IMG/VR virus record: IMGVR_UViG_2695420595_000014
Span: 1-42,212 of that record
Origin: a virus
Lineage: Duplodnaviria > Heunggongvirae > Uroviricota > Caudoviricetes
Length of the DNA stretch: 42,212 bases
Reading direction: 5' to 3' (one strand)
The position numbers and the translations under genes are program-made. Below, piece after piece: positions 26,643 through 37,364 of the stretch (the stretch's first letter is position 1; every line of letters starts with the position of its first letter). The notes under the pieces were generated by a model. The model was given only the letters and a program-made list of their open reading frames with translations, did no database searches and was not told the origin of the DNA.

Positions 26643-27536
26643 ATGGACCAGATGGCAGAAAACACACCAGAAGTTGAAATCGAAACCGACGCGTCAGAGC
26701 AGATTCCTGATGATGTCGAACTGGCTGAAGAAGTCGAAACAGAAGATGGCAGTGAGTCCTCCGGCAATGATACAGAGGAAGCTACTGAAACTGATGACGA
26801 CGAATCAGAGCAGGAATTCTACTTTGGTGACGAAAAGCTGGATTCGCCAACCAGCGAAGATGGCGCAGAGCATGGACTGGTAAAACACCTGCGCAAGACG
26901 ATTAAAGAGAAAGACCGCGAACTGAAAGAGCTGATGCGTCAGTCTCAGAAACCCGTCGAGCAGCAGCCGGTAATCACTCAACCACCGCGAATGCCAAAAC
27001 TGGATGATGAGGACATCGGTTTCGATGAAGAAATCTACCAGCAACGCATGGCTAAGTGGGCGGAGGACAACGGCAAATACCAGCAACAGGAGATGGCTCG
27101 CAAGCAGAAGGAGCAGGAGCTTCAGGCTGCCTATCAAGAGCGATTATCCAAATATCAGCAACGTGTTAAGGCTCTCAAGGTTCCTGGCTATCAGGAAGCT
27201 GAACAGGCCGTACTCGAGGAAATCCCCATCGAGACACAAAACGCGATCCTGTTTGAGTCAGAGAAGCCGGAAATCGTTGTTCTGGCACTCGGTCGCAACG
27301 CTGAACTGCGCAAGCAACTGGCAGAAGCTACCAACCCCGTAGCAATTGGTCGTCTGCTGGAACGTATCGAATCGAAGGCCAGAATCATGCCAAAAGCAAA
27401 AACCACGGCAGCCACAACCCCGACAGTTAAGGGGAGCAACGGCGCAGTAATCAATAACCTCGACAAACTGAAAGCCAGGGCGCTGGAAACTGGTGACTGG
27501 ACGCCGTATTTCGCCGCTAAAAAGGCAAAAAAATAA
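26643..27536 (+). CDS. Scaffolding protein (297 aa)
   Basis: Highly acidic N-terminus, coiled-coil-rich, basic C-terminal helix-turn-helix-like tail; lies between portal and coat. Confidence 0.7.
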   Translation: MDQMAENTPEVEIETDASEQIPDDVELAEEVETEDGSESSGNDTEEATETDDDESEQEFYFGDEKLDSPTSEDGAEHGLVKHLRKTIKEKDRELKELMRQSQKPVEQQPVITQPPRMPKLDDEDIGFDEEIYQQRMAKWAEDNGKYQQQEMARKQKEQELQAAYQERLSKYQQRVKALKVPGYQEAEQAVLEEIPIETQNAILFESEKPEIVVLALGRNAELRKQLAEATNPVAIGRLLERIESKARIMPKAKTTAATTPTVKGSNGAVINNLDKLKARALETGDWTPYFAAKKAKK

Positions 27537-27554
27537 CCTATCGGAGCATTAAGC

Positions 27555-28808
27555 ATGGCTAACCAATTAGCAAAAGACCTTGAAATCATGTTCGAAAACT
27601 ACGTTGAAGGCTTTGAGGCCGCCTGCGTAGTTTCCCGTAACGCTAAAAAATTCCGTCCCGGTGATACAGCAATGCAGCGAGCAGGTGATGTTCTGTATCG
27701 TCCGCAGCATTACCACATGAACATTGAGGAAGGCCTAGACCTCAGCGGCAAAACGCCAACAGCACTGGTTCAGCGCCTTGTTCCTTCTGTGTTCAAGGAG
27801 CCGAAAAACATTCTGTACACTCTGGATGCGCGTGAAATGCGTGACCCGGAACATAAAACTGAAGCTGGTCGCGCCGCAGGTATGCGCCTTGCTGCACAGA
27901 TTGACTCTGACCTGATTTCCATGGTCACGCAGCGTGCTACTAACGTGATCACGATGGCTGACTCAACCACAGGTTCACAGGGCCGTGATTTGTGGAACTG
28001 TGCGGCAGGTATTGATGCCACCATGACGGCGATTGGTGTACCTCAGGGTATCAACCGTCGCTCTTTCTGGAACCCCTTCAACTACAAAGACCTTGCTGGC
28101 GAGCTTGGTCACCGTGCCTATGCTCAGGGCGCAACCCTGACAGCATACGAAAAAGCGCAGATCCCTCCGGTTGCGTCCTTCGATAGCTACAAGACCGATA
28201 TTTCTGGTCGTGTTCCGAAGGGTACAGCAACTTCCCTGACGCTGGCGGCTGAACCTGCGCACAAGGTTGAAGCGAAAGATGCCAACGATATGCCAGTGGA
28301 TAACCGACAGGGGACCATTACGGTATCTGCATCTGATTTGCAGGTTGGCGATGCGTTCACCATTGCTGGCGTGAATTCCGTACACCAGATCACCAAAGAT
28401 ACCACCGGGCAGCCGCAGGTATTCCGCGTTCTGGCAGTAAGCGGAACGACAGTAACTATCTCCCCGAAAATTCTGCCGCCTGACAACGCGGATGTCGCCA
28501 GCCGACCATATGCAAACGTTGATGCTAACGCGGCAAATGGTGCAGCAATTACCATTCTCAACAAAAATGCCGCACCGGCTAACCTGTTCTGGGCTGATGG
28601 TTCTGTTGAGCTGATGTACGGCAAACTGGCGTTCCCGACTGGTCAAGGCCCACAGGTAATGACAGCAACCACCGAGCAGGGCGCTACGCTGATCATGTCT
28701 TACGCCTTCGACCACATCAAAGGTGTAACCACTGCGCGTTTCACCACTCTGTACGGTTGCTCTGTACTGGTTCCTGAATATACGGGCATCGTTATTGCCG
28801 GGCAGTAA
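27555..28808 (+). CDS. Major capsid (coat) protein (417 aa)
   Basis: Position and size match the P22/Sf6 coat; followed by a strong terminator. Confidence 0.8.
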   Translation: MANQLAKDLEIMFENYVEGFEAACVVSRNAKKFRPGDTAMQRAGDVLYRPQHYHMNIEEGLDLSGKTPTALVQRLVPSVFKEPKNILYTLDAREMRDPEHKTEAGRAAGMRLAAQIDSDLISMVTQRATNVITMADSTTGSQGRDLWNCAAGIDATMTAIGVPQGINRRSFWNPFNYKDLAGELGHRAYAQGATLTAYEKAQIPPVASFDSYKTDISGRVPKGTATSLTLAAEPAHKVEAKDANDMPVDNRQGTITVSASDLQVGDAFTIAGVNSVHQITKDTTGQPQVFRVLAVSGTTVTISPKILPPDNADVASRPYANVDANAANGAAITILNKNAAPANLFWADGSVELMYGKLAFPTGQGPQVMTATTEQGATLIMSYAFDHIKGVTTARFTTLYGCSVLVPEYTGIVIAGQ

Positions 28809-28814
28809 TTTTGG

Positions 28815-28840
28815 TGGGGCTTCGGCCCCATTTTTATTGG
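28815..28840 (+). terminator. Rho-independent terminator after the coat gene
   Basis: ggggc-ttcg-gcccc hairpin followed by ATTTTTATT. Confidence 0.7.
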
Positions 28841-28849
28841 GAGAAGACA

Positions 28850-29038
28850 ATGGCACGAACAATGCTCTATAAGCCTGGCAACATGATCACCTGCGGTCAG
28901 TTTGCTGTCGATTACATCATTGTTGATGACGAAGAAGTTAAATCTCACCTGAAAAAAGGCTGGGTAAAAACTCCTGAAGAAACCGCAACGAAGCATAAAG
29001 TGGCTAAGGCGGAAGAAGATGGCGAAAACGAAGGGTGA
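28850..29038 (+). CDS. Small hypothetical protein (62 aa)
   Basis: ATG with GGGAGA SD inside ORF 28811..29038. Confidence 0.4.
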   Translation: MARTMLYKPGNMITCGQFAVDYIIVDDEEVKSHLKKGWVKTPEETATKHKVAKAEEDGENEG

Positions 29039-29480
29039 TCTCGTTCTTAAGGCTTTACGAAAAGCCGGGCTGTATTCCAATGCCACGTTGACAGATGCTG
29101 ACCCTCAGGCAATTGAAGATGCCATTAATGACCTCGAAGACATGATGGCAGCATGGCAGGCTAAAGGTATCGAGCTTGGATATCAGTTTGCTGATACAGA
29201 AAACGGCATCATGCCGTTACCTGACGATGATTCAGGTATCCCTGCATGGGCAAATGATGGCGTCGCCTTGAAACTCGCTGTGCAAGTGTGCATGGATAAC
29301 GTCATTCAGCCGTCAGACGCTCTCCTTACCGCTGCTGACAGTGCATACCAGACAATTTGCATCGCTTTAACCAAAATACCACCACTTGAGCGGCGAAATG
29401 ACATGCCTCGCGGTAGTGGTAACAAAAGCGCGTTTACGTGGAATCGGTTTTACATCGAGAAAGATGATCCGAGTACGTGA
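29019..29480 (+). CDS. Head-completion / tail adaptor protein (P22 gp4-like, 153 aa)
   Basis: N-terminus KTKGDLV..ALRK.G...ATLTD...DA.DDLE.MMA.W resembles P22 gp4; correct position in the P22 gene order. Confidence 0.7.
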   Translation: MAKTKGDLVLKALRKAGLYSNATLTDADPQAIEDAINDLEDMMAAWQAKGIELGYQFADTENGIMPLPDDDSGIPAWANDGVALKLAVQVCMDNVIQPSDALLTAADSAYQTICIALTKIPPLERRNDMPRGSGNKSAFTWNRFYIEKDDPST

Positions 29481-29489
29481 GGTGAATAA

Positions 29490-30908
29490 ATGCCGATTCA
29501 GCAACTTCCGCTTATGAAAGGTGTCGGCAAAGACTTTCGAAACGCCGACTATATCGACTATCTGCCAGTGAATATGCTGGCTACGCCCAAAGAAATCCTG
29601 AACAGCAGCGGATATCTTCGCTCATTCCCGGGCATTGCCAAACGTTCTGATGTGAATGGTGTATCGCGCGGTGTCGAGTACAACATGGCGCAGAATGCTG
29701 TTTATCGCGTTTGCGGTGGCAAGTTGTATAAGGGCGAAAGCGAGGTCGGTGATGTTGCCGGAAGTGGTCGCGTATCAATGGCGCATGGTCGAACATCTCA
29801 GGCGGTAGGCGTTAATGGTCAACTGGTCGAGTATCGCTATGATGGCACGGTTAAAACAGTCTCAAACTGGCCTACAGACAGCGGATTCACTCAGTATGAG
29901 TTAGGTTCAGTCCGCGACATTACACGCTTACGTGGGCGTTATGCGTGGTCAAAAGACGGAACTGATTCATGGTTTATCACTGACCTTGAAGACGAATCGC
30001 ACCCTGACCGATACAGTGCACAATATCGTGCCGAGTCTCAGCCTGACGGTATTATCGGCATCGGAACATGGCGAGACTTCATCGTCTGCTTTGGTTCATC
30101 GACGATTGAATATTTTTCCCTGACAGGTGCAACCACTGTTGGTGCCGCTTTGTATGTCGCACAGCCATCGCTGATGGTGCAAAAAGGCATCGCCGGGACT
30201 TACTGCAAAACGCCATTCGCTGATTCGTATGCGTTCATCAGCAATCCGGCAACAGGTGCGCCGTCTGTGTATATCATCGGTTCCGGTCAGGTATCACCAA
30301 TCGCCAGCGCGAGCATTGAGAAAATACTACGCTCCTACACTGCTGATGAACTGGCTGATGGTGTGATGGAATCGCTGCGATTTGATGCGCATGAACTGCT
30401 GATTATCCATCTTACGCGTCACGTCCTCGTGTACGACGCATCTTCAAGCGCCAATGGTCCGCAATGGTGTGTACTGAAAACAGGTCTGTATGACGATGTG
30501 TACCGCGCTATCGACTTCATTTACGAAGGCAATCAGATAACGTGCGGCGATAAGCTGGAATCTGTTACCGGCAAATTGCAGTTCGATATCAGCAGCCAGT
30601 ATGGGCTACAGCAAGAACACCTGTTGTTTACACCACTCTTCAAAGCTGAGAACGCCAGATGTTTTGATCTGGAAGTTGAATCATCGACTGGTGTTGCTCA
30701 GTACGCTGACCGCCTGTTCCTCTCTGCAACCACTGACGGCATCAACTGGGGACGTGAGCAGATGATTGAGCAGAATGAACCGTTCGTTTACGACAAGCGC
30801 GTTTTGTGGAAGCGTGTCGGGCGAATCAGGAAAAATGTCGGCTTCAAATTGCGCGTTATCACGAAGTCACCTGTCACTCTGTCTGGCTGCCAGATAAGGA
30901 TTGAGTAA
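29490..30908 (+). CDS. Tail accessory protein (P22 gp10-like, 472 aa)
   Basis: Same length as P22 gp10 and in the gp4-gp10-gp26 order. Confidence 0.7.
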   Translation: MPIQQLPLMKGVGKDFRNADYIDYLPVNMLATPKEILNSSGYLRSFPGIAKRSDVNGVSRGVEYNMAQNAVYRVCGGKLYKGESEVGDVAGSGRVSMAHGRTSQAVGVNGQLVEYRYDGTVKTVSNWPTDSGFTQYELGSVRDITRLRGRYAWSKDGTDSWFITDLEDESHPDRYSAQYRAESQPDGIIGIGTWRDFIVCFGSSTIEYFSLTGATTVGAALYVAQPSLMVQKGIAGTYCKTPFADSYAFISNPATGAPSVYIIGSGQVSPIASASIEKILRSYTADELADGVMESLRFDAHELLIIHLTRHVLVYDASSSANGPQWCVLKTGLYDDVYRAIDFIYEGNQITCGDKLESVTGKLQFDISSQYGLQQEHLLFTPLFKAENARCFDLEVESSTGVAQYADRLFLSATTDGINWGREQMIEQNEPFVYDKRVLWKRVGRIRKNVGFKLRVITKSPVTLSGCQIRIE

Positions 30909-31756
30909 TGGCGGATTCATCACTGAATGATCCTGTCGCGGTTCAGGCTGCGCGCCTTGATGCTTCAATTTTGCCACGCAATATATTCAGCCAGTCTTAC
31001 CTGCTGTATGTCATAAATCAGGGTGCTGATGTTGGCGCAATTGCCGGGAAGGCAAATCAGGCTGGTCAGGGCGCTTATGACGCGCAGGTAAGGAACGATG
31101 AGCAGGATGTGATTCTCGCTGACCATGAGCAGCGAATTTCTGCTGCGGAAGCAACGCTTGTTAATCATGAGGAGCGAATCAGCCAGGCAGAATCAACTCT
31201 TCAGGAACATGAAACACGAATCACTAAGAATGAAAGCGATATTGCGTCGCTTGATACCAGAGTTCAGTCGCTGGAATCGCAGGTTTCAGACCATGAAACG
31301 CGCATTGATGCTCTGGAGTATGCAACCACACGCAAGAAGTCAGAGGTTGTTTACTCTGGCGTATCTGTAACCATCCCGACAGCGCCGACCAACCTTGTTA
31401 GCCTGCTGAAAACGCTCACGCCGTCATCCGGCACGTTGGCACCATTCTTCGACACCGTTAACAACAAGATGGTTGTGTTCAACGAGAACAAAACCTTGTT
31501 CTTCAAGCTGTCGATCGTCGGGACGTGGCCCAGCGGAACCGCCAACAGGTCAATGCAACTAACATTTTCCGGCTCTGTTCCTGACACACTGGTAAGCAGT
31601 CGCAACTCGGCGACAACGACCGATAACATCCTGTTAGCTACGTTCTTCAGCGTGGATAAAGACGGATTTCTTGCCACAAATGGCAGTACGTTAACCATTC
31701 AGTCGAATGGTGCGGCGTTTACTGCCACAACCATCAAGATAATCGCGGAGCAGTGA
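30908..31756 (+). CDS. Tail needle (P22 gp26-like) with C-terminal knob domain (282 aa)
   Basis: Central heptad coiled coil with repeated HExRI motifs; about 120-aa C-terminal globular extension as in Sf6/HK620-type needles. Confidence 0.75.
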   Translation: MADSSLNDPVAVQAARLDASILPRNIFSQSYLLYVINQGADVGAIAGKANQAGQGAYDAQVRNDEQDVILADHEQRISAAEATLVNHEERISQAESTLQEHETRITKNESDIASLDTRVQSLESQVSDHETRIDALEYATTRKKSEVVYSGVSVTIPTAPTNLVSLLKTLTPSSGTLAPFFDTVNNKMVVFNENKTLFFKLSIVGTWPSGTANRSMQLTFSGSVPDTLVSSRNSATTTDNILLATFFSVDKDGFLATNGSTLTIQSNGAAFTATTIKIIAEQ

Positions 31757-32211
31757 TGATTCAGTTCAAACCAACGCGAAACATCGACCTGATAGAAGCC
31801 GTGGGAAATCACCCCGACATTATCGCCGGGAGCAACAACGGTGATGGATACGACTACAAGCCTGAATGCCGTTACTTCGAGGTGAACGTGCACGGGCAGT
31901 TCGGCGGCATTGTTTACTATCAGGAGATTCAGCCTTTGACCTTTGATTGCCACGCCATGTACCTGCCAGAGGTTCGTGGATTCAGCAAGGAAATCGGGCT
32001 GGCGTTCTGGCGATACATTCTGACTAACACCACCGTTCAGTGCGTCACATCGTTCGCTGCGCGCAAATTCCGCCACGGTCAGATGTACTGCGCAATGATT
32101 GGCCTTAAGCGTGTAGGAACCATCAAGAAATACTTCAAAGGCGTGGATGACGTGACGTTTTACAGCGCAACACGCGAAGAACTAATCGACTTCCTGAATC
32201 ACGGGAGATAG
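31753..32211 (+). CDS. P22 gp14-like protein (152 aa)
   Basis: Assigned by position between needle and ejection proteins. Confidence 0.5.
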   Translation: MMIQFKPTRNIDLIEAVGNHPDIIAGSNNGDGYDYKPECRYFEVNVHGQFGGIVYYQEIQPLTFDCHAMYLPEVRGFSKEIGLAFWRYILTNTTVQCVTSFAARKFRHGQMYCAMIGLKRVGTIKKYFKGVDDVTFYSATREELIDFLNHGR

Positions 32212-32213
32212 CC

Positions 32214-32906
32214 ATGTTATATGCATTTAAGCTGGGCAGAAAACTGCGCGGCGAGGAACCTTGGTGCCCTGAAAAAGGCGGGAAAGGTGGCTCCGATAAA
32301 AGCGCAAAGTATGCAGCAGAAGCTCAGAAGTATGCCGCAGACCTGCAAAATCAGCAGTTCAACACCATCATGAACAACCTGAAGCTGTTTACTCCTCTGG
32401 CTGATAAGTATGTCGGCAGCCTCGAGAACTTATCGTCTCTGGAAGGGCAAGGTCAGGCACTTAACCAGTATTACAACTCTCAGCAGTACAAAGATCTTGC
32501 TGGTCAGGCTCGCTATCAGAGTCTGGCGGCAGCGGAAGCAACAGGTGGATTGGGTTCCACTGCAACCGGTAATCAGTTAGCAACAATCGCACCAACGCTT
32601 GGTCAGCAATGGCTATCTGGTCAGATGAACAACTACCAGAATCTGGCAAATATTGGTCTTGGCGCACTGCAAGGTCAGGCAAACGCCGGGCAGACATATG
32701 CCAACAACATGAGTCAGATTTCGCAGCAAAGTGCGGCTCTTGCAGCGGCAAATGCCAACAGACCATCAGCAATGCAATCTGCTATTGGCGGAGGTGCGTC
32801 TGGTGCTATTGCTGGGGCTGGACTTGCGAAATTAATTGGTTCATCAACTCCGTGGGGTGCTGGTATCGGTGCTGGTATCGGTCTGCTTGGTTCACTGCTT
32901 TATTAA
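32214..32906 (+). CDS. Ejection protein (P22 gp7-like, 230 aa)
   Basis: Size and position; Gly/Ala-rich C-terminus. Confidence 0.6.
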   Translation: MLYAFKLGRKLRGEEPWCPEKGGKGGSDKSAKYAAEAQKYAADLQNQQFNTIMNNLKLFTPLADKYVGSLENLSSLEGQGQALNQYYNSQQYKDLAGQARYQSLAAAEATGGLGSTATGNQLATIAPTLGQQWLSGQMNNYQNLANIGLGALQGQANAGQTYANNMSQISQQSAALAAANANRPSAMQSAIGGGASGAIAGAGLAKLIGSSTPWGAGIGAGIGLLGSLLY

Positions 32907-32916
32907 GGGGTAATCA

Positions 32917-34332
32917 ATGGCTACGTGGCAACAGGGTATTAATTCTGGTGGTTTTCTGGCTGGCATCGGTACGCAAAATGAGAATGCGCCAAAGGCAAGC
33001 GACATTAACGCAACGCTTGGTCTGATCCGCGAAAACAATGAACTGGCTCGCTCAGGTGCAAATAACGTTGGTCTGACCGCGTTACGTGGTCTGGCTGGAG
33101 TTGCTGATATTTACAATCAGGAACAGCAACAGAAAGCGATTAGTGCGTTCAATAAGGTTCACGCTGATGCATGGGCTTCTGGTGATCCATCGGGACTATT
33201 TAAGTTTGCCAAGGAAAATCCAGCGTTTGTTGCGCAGGCACAACAGGCGTTTTCCGGTCTTAATGAGCAGCAACGCAACGATATGGGCGATTTAGCCATG
33301 AGGGCTAACGTCGCTCTTTCTCAGGGACCGGAAGCCTACAGTAAATTCATTACTGACAACAAGGACAGGTTAAATCGCGTTGGTGCTAATGCTGACTGGA
33401 TGATTCAGACAGGTATCCAGAATCCAGAGCAGCTATCACACATGCTGACTACTATGTCTCTCGGTGCTCTTGGACCAGAAAAGGCGTTTGCTGTTCAGGA
33501 TAAGATGGCTGGTCGTGAAATTGACCGAGGCAGGCTGGCAGAGACAATCCGCAGCAATCAGGCTGGCGAGGCACTTCAGGCGAGAGGGCAAAACCTTTCC
33601 TATCAGTCAGCAATGACTGGGCACAATATCGCAGCACAACGCTTGGCTCTGGATCAGCAAGAGTTCGGGTTTAAGATGCAGCAAGCGCAGGAAAAGGCTC
33701 AGCAGTTGATTAGCGAAGCACCTAAGCTGTCAGTAAATATGGAAAAAGGCATCGAGACGGCTGTAAACAATGCCACAGCATCATCAAACTCAGCCAATTC
33801 CATGAGTGCGCTTGCTCAACAGTTCAGAGCAGAAAAACCAACGACAGGTTTGTTCGGTAACGCACAGAACATGTTCGCAAAACTTACCGGAAGCGATACG
33901 ACATTGCGTGATTTGCGCATTCGCCAAAATGCCCTTGTTAACAGTCAGGTTCTTAAATTCCTACCTCCCGGCCCAGCAACGGATAAAGACGTTGAGATCG
34001 TTCGACAGGGTGCGCCAACTGACATGGATAACCCTGAGACGGTCGCAAGATGGCTTGATGCAATGGCAAACCTTGAGCGACGAAACGCGCAGTTTAATGA
34101 GTTTAAAGCCGAGTGGATGAGCGCGAATGGCAACCCTGGACAATCGCGTAATGGCGGTCAGATATTGGGGTTGGATGTTAAAAAAGGTGAATCATTGGGG
34201 AGTGCCGTTAAGCGGTATATGTCAATGAATACTGACGCAGCGCCAGCACAAGATTCGACACCTTCAGGAGAACCACGGAATCAGGTTGGATCATATACCT
34301 CAAAATCAGGCATTCAATTTACGGTGGAATGA
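32917..34332 (+). CDS. Ejection protein (P22 gp20-like, 471 aa)
   Basis: Same length as P22 gp20; gene order. Confidence 0.65.
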   Translation: MATWQQGINSGGFLAGIGTQNENAPKASDINATLGLIRENNELARSGANNVGLTALRGLAGVADIYNQEQQQKAISAFNKVHADAWASGDPSGLFKFAKENPAFVAQAQQAFSGLNEQQRNDMGDLAMRANVALSQGPEAYSKFITDNKDRLNRVGANADWMIQTGIQNPEQLSHMLTTMSLGALGPEKAFAVQDKMAGREIDRGRLAETIRSNQAGEALQARGQNLSYQSAMTGHNIAAQRLALDQQEFGFKMQQAQEKAQQLISEAPKLSVNMEKGIETAVNNATASSNSANSMSALAQQFRAEKPTTGLFGNAQNMFAKLTGSDTTLRDLRIRQNALVNSQVLKFLPPGPATDKDVEIVRQGAPTDMDNPETVARWLDAMANLERRNAQFNEFKAEWMSANGNPGQSRNGGQILGLDVKKGESLGSAVKRYMSMNTDAAPAQDSTPSGEPRNQVGSYTSKSGIQFTVE

Positions 34333-36170
34333 TGAAAGTAACTGCAAACGGTAAGACATTTACCTTTCCTGATGGTACGAGCACCGAAGATATTGGCATC
34401 GCCATTGATGAGTATTTTGCTGGTCAGGATGTTCAGCAACAAACAGTTAATCAGGCCAATAATGCACCAACACGGGAAGAACCATCATTGATGCAACAAG
34501 CTGGCGATTGGCTCACTGGTGGTCAAAGTGCAGGGCAAATTGCAGAACAGGCTGGTCGTGGTCTGGTAAACATACCATTTGACGTATTGCAGGGTGGCGC
34601 AAGTCTGATTAATGCAATCAGTCAGGGGATTGGTGGGCCAAAAGTTTTGGATGATGTTTATCGTCCAGTAGACAAACCGACAGACCCATACGCACAAGCC
34701 GGTGAAACAATTGGTGGGTATTTAGTTCCAGGAGTTGGAACGGCAGGAAGCATGGCTATTGGATCGCTGGCAGAGGCCGCAAATCAGAAAGGCGATTTCG
34801 CACAAAATGCAGCTAAAAATGCCGGAGTTAACCTTGCCGCTCAGGGTGTTCTTTCCGCAGCAGCAAAGGGAATAGGGCGTGGAATAACGGCTATAAAAGG
34901 TGATATTGCGCCAGAAGTGGCGAAGAAAATTGCCACATCAGAATCGATGGGCGTGACACCAATGACATCTGATGTTATCCCGCCGAAAAATGCTTTCACT
35001 CGCGGCCTTACTCAGGATGCCGAGGGGGCTTTGCTCGGGACGGGCTCAAAGCGAGCAGAGCAATATGCAACGCGGAGTAAGCTGGTAAGCAATTATTTTG
35101 ACCGTTTTGGTGAGTACAACCCTGATGATGTGGTGAAATCTCTGACCACCACGTTAAGGGGGCGGAAGGATGCCGCTGGCGCTGTTATCAATGACGTCAC
35201 CAATAAAATGGGTAATGCCGCAGTTGATACCACAAATACCATGAATGCTCTGAATACAGCGATCGCAAGACAGGAACGGCTTGGGACGTCTGCCAATCAA
35301 AGCCTGCTTACATCCTTGCGTAACCTACGTGAAGAATTAGCAAACCCTGCAACTGATTTGGATGTTACGTTTGATCTCTTGCGTCAGCACAGAACAGCAT
35401 TTAGATCTAATGTTCAGGGAGATGCTATGGTCTTCCCCAACCAGGCAAAAGCAGCTACCAATATGGTAGAGAATGCAATGTCAAAAGACCTTCGTAACGC
35501 AGTTGCTAAAAACCTCGGTGCATCAGACGCAGCAAAATACCTTAAAGCAAATTCCGATTATGCAAACGTTTATAATAAGGTGCTTAATAAAAACATTGCC
35601 AACAAGCTCAACAAGGCAAGCAGTGAAGCCAGTCCTGAACTTATAAATACCGTTGTATTAAGCAGAAAACCATCTGACGTGAAACGAATCTGGAGCGCAC
35701 TGGATGATAAGGGGAAAGATGCTATGCGTGCAGCTTACGTCAGCAAAATAGCGGAAAAGGCCGGGGACTCTCCAGCCAAGTTCATCACTGAAGTTAATAA
35801 GCTGAAATCTCAGTCAGGCGGTGAAATTTACAACACTATTTTTTCTGGAAAGCACATGAAAGAGCTTGATGCTCTTCATGAAGTTCTACAGCAAACAGCA
35901 AGGTCAGACACCGCAAATGTAGTAACTCAGACGGGGCAATCGCAAGCCAACAGGATAAGGACGATTGGCGCAACTGCGACCCTTGGCGTATCAATGGGGC
36001 TTGAGGCTGGTTTTGGTGCAATGATGCGCTTGTATGAGTCCAAAGCAGCAAGGAATATGCTTCTTCGTTTGGCAAACACCAAAGCAGGAACACCAGCCTA
36101 TGAAAGAGCGATAAATAACGCTGCGAATGCCATCAGACCGCTGTTTGCTACTGAGGCAACACAGCAGTAA
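34329..36170 (+). CDS. Ejection protein (P22 gp16-like, 613 aa)
   Basis: Size and position; ATGA overlap with the previous gene. Confidence 0.65.
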   Translation: MMKVTANGKTFTFPDGTSTEDIGIAIDEYFAGQDVQQQTVNQANNAPTREEPSLMQQAGDWLTGGQSAGQIAEQAGRGLVNIPFDVLQGGASLINAISQGIGGPKVLDDVYRPVDKPTDPYAQAGETIGGYLVPGVGTAGSMAIGSLAEAANQKGDFAQNAAKNAGVNLAAQGVLSAAAKGIGRGITAIKGDIAPEVAKKIATSESMGVTPMTSDVIPPKNAFTRGLTQDAEGALLGTGSKRAEQYATRSKLVSNYFDRFGEYNPDDVVKSLTTTLRGRKDAAGAVINDVTNKMGNAAVDTTNTMNALNTAIARQERLGTSANQSLLTSLRNLREELANPATDLDVTFDLLRQHRTAFRSNVQGDAMVFPNQAKAATNMVENAMSKDLRNAVAKNLGASDAAKYLKANSDYANVYNKVLNKNIANKLNKASSEASPELINTVVLSRKPSDVKRIWSALDDKGKDAMRAAYVSKIAEKAGDSPAKFITEVNKLKSQSGGEIYNTIFSGKHMKELDALHEVLQQTARSDTANVVTQTGQSQANRIRTIGATATLGVSMGLEAGFGAMMRLYESKAARNMLLRLANTKAGTPAYERAINNAANAIRPLFATEATQQ

Positions 36171-36194
36171 CGTATGGGAAATTGGATTCAATCG

Positions 36195-36584
36195 CTAACA
36201 TTTTCTTTTTACTTTTCCAACAAAAGCTTTGGTTGAATCCATATTTCCATAACCGGAAATGGTTTTTGACATTAAAACTGTTCCAGTAGGATGTATTACC
36301 CATGAGTCGATAACGCGTTGAGTTTCGCCATTCGCGCCGATTCCTATGATGGAGTTTTTAGACAATGCTTTGTAAGCCATGCCGCCCGCATCTGTCCCAG
36401 AATATGTGATGCTGGCATCTTCACCGTTTGTCTTAATGATGAATGTTCCACTAAAACCATCTTCTTCCGGATGGAAATTATTTCGTTCTGAATAGCTTAT
36501 TCCGCGCATATCTCCAACGACCCAGCACTCTGCTGTAGCCCCAAAAGATATGAATAAGAACATAGCAGTAAGAAATTGCTTCAC
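36195..36584 (-). CDS. Secreted protein with cleavable signal peptide (129 aa), cargo between gp16 and tailspike
   Basis: MKQFLTAMFLFISFGATA-E signal peptide; opposite strand to the surrounding late operon. Confidence 0.55.
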   Translation of the reverse strand: MKQFLTAMFLFISFGATAECWVVGDMRGISYSERNNFHPEEDGFSGTFIIKTNGEDASITYSGTDAGGMAYKALSKNSIIGIGANGETQRVIDSWVIHPTGTVLMSKTISGYGNMDSTKAFVGKVKRKC

Positions 36585-36702
36585 GCCAACCTCCTTAGTT
36601 TTGAGCAGGATACCATGAAAAAAGTAAACATCTTTTGCCTACTTCACATTTGAATGGTTTGTCATTAGGATGTTTCCGGTTTTTTCAAATATGGAAATTG
36701 AT

Positions 36703-37122
36703 ATGAAGAGGATTATCGGCGTTGTTGCTGGCGCTATATTGTTATCTGGGTGCGCAACTATTGTTGGTGACGAAACACAGCTCGTGCAAGTGAACAGCAA
36801 TCCTTCCGGTGCGAGCTTTAAAGTAAAAGACGAATCAGGCGTGATTGTTGCGCAAGGCAAGACCCCGCAAGGAGTAACTCTTGCCAAGTCAGATGGTAGT
36901 TATTTTGGCAAAAAGAGCTACCAGATCACTATGGAAAAGGATGGGTACGAACCAGTTACCCTGCCAATCAAAGCCAATGCTAATGGTTGGTATATTGGTG
37001 GAAACCTTGTGTTTGGTGGGTTAATTGGTTGGCTTGCTGTAGATCCTTTTAATGGTGGGATGTATACCTTGAAGCCAAAAGAGGCAAACGCATCTCTTAT
37101 ACCATCAACAAAGCAAGACTAA
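36703..37122 (+). CDS. Lipoprotein (about 139 aa)
   Basis: MKRIIGVVAGAILLSGC lipobox within ORF 36670..37122; Gly-rich C-terminal region GWYIGGNLVFGGLIGWLAVDPFNGG. Confidence 0.6.
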   Translation: MKRIIGVVAGAILLSGCATIVGDETQLVQVNSNPSGASFKVKDESGVIVAQGKTPQGVTLAKSDGSYFGKKSYQITMEKDGYEPVTLPIKANANGWYIGGNLVFGGLIGWLAVDPFNGGMYTLKPKEANASLIPSTKQD

Positions 37123-37202
37123 TAAATAGGACCAACCGTCAGGTGGTTTTTTTGTACAAATCCTTCAGCCAGTACATAACTACTGACACTTAACCAACGC
37201 AA

Positions 37203-37229
37203 CGACCCAGCTTCGGCTGGGTTTTTTTA
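37203..37229 (+). terminator. Rho-independent terminator
   Basis: gacccagc-ttcg-gctgggt hairpin followed by T7. Confidence 0.8.
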
Positions 37230-37277
37230 TGCCCAAAATTCACCGTAGCTACTCAGCGGCTATGGCCTTGAGAGATA

Positions 37278-37300
37278 GCACTACACAAAAAGTGTAGTGC
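37278..37300. promoter_or_regulatory. Perfect 9-bp-stem palindrome flanked by about 26-nt imperfect direct repeats, upstream of the tailspike
   Basis: gcactacac-aaaaa-gtgtagtgc; flanked by caccgtagctactcagcggctatgg (37241..) and caccgtagccatgctgcggcgattcc (37319..). Confidence 0.4.
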
Positions 37301-37364
37301 AAAAAGCGAACAAATACTCACCGTAGCCATGCTGCGGCGATTCCTTGTATCTGGAGCAAATTAA

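Noticed and set aside
27975-28862. 295-aa minus-strand ORF
   Set aside because: Lies entirely antisense to the coat protein gene; no SD or start context, and the composition reflects the opposite-strand coding sequence.
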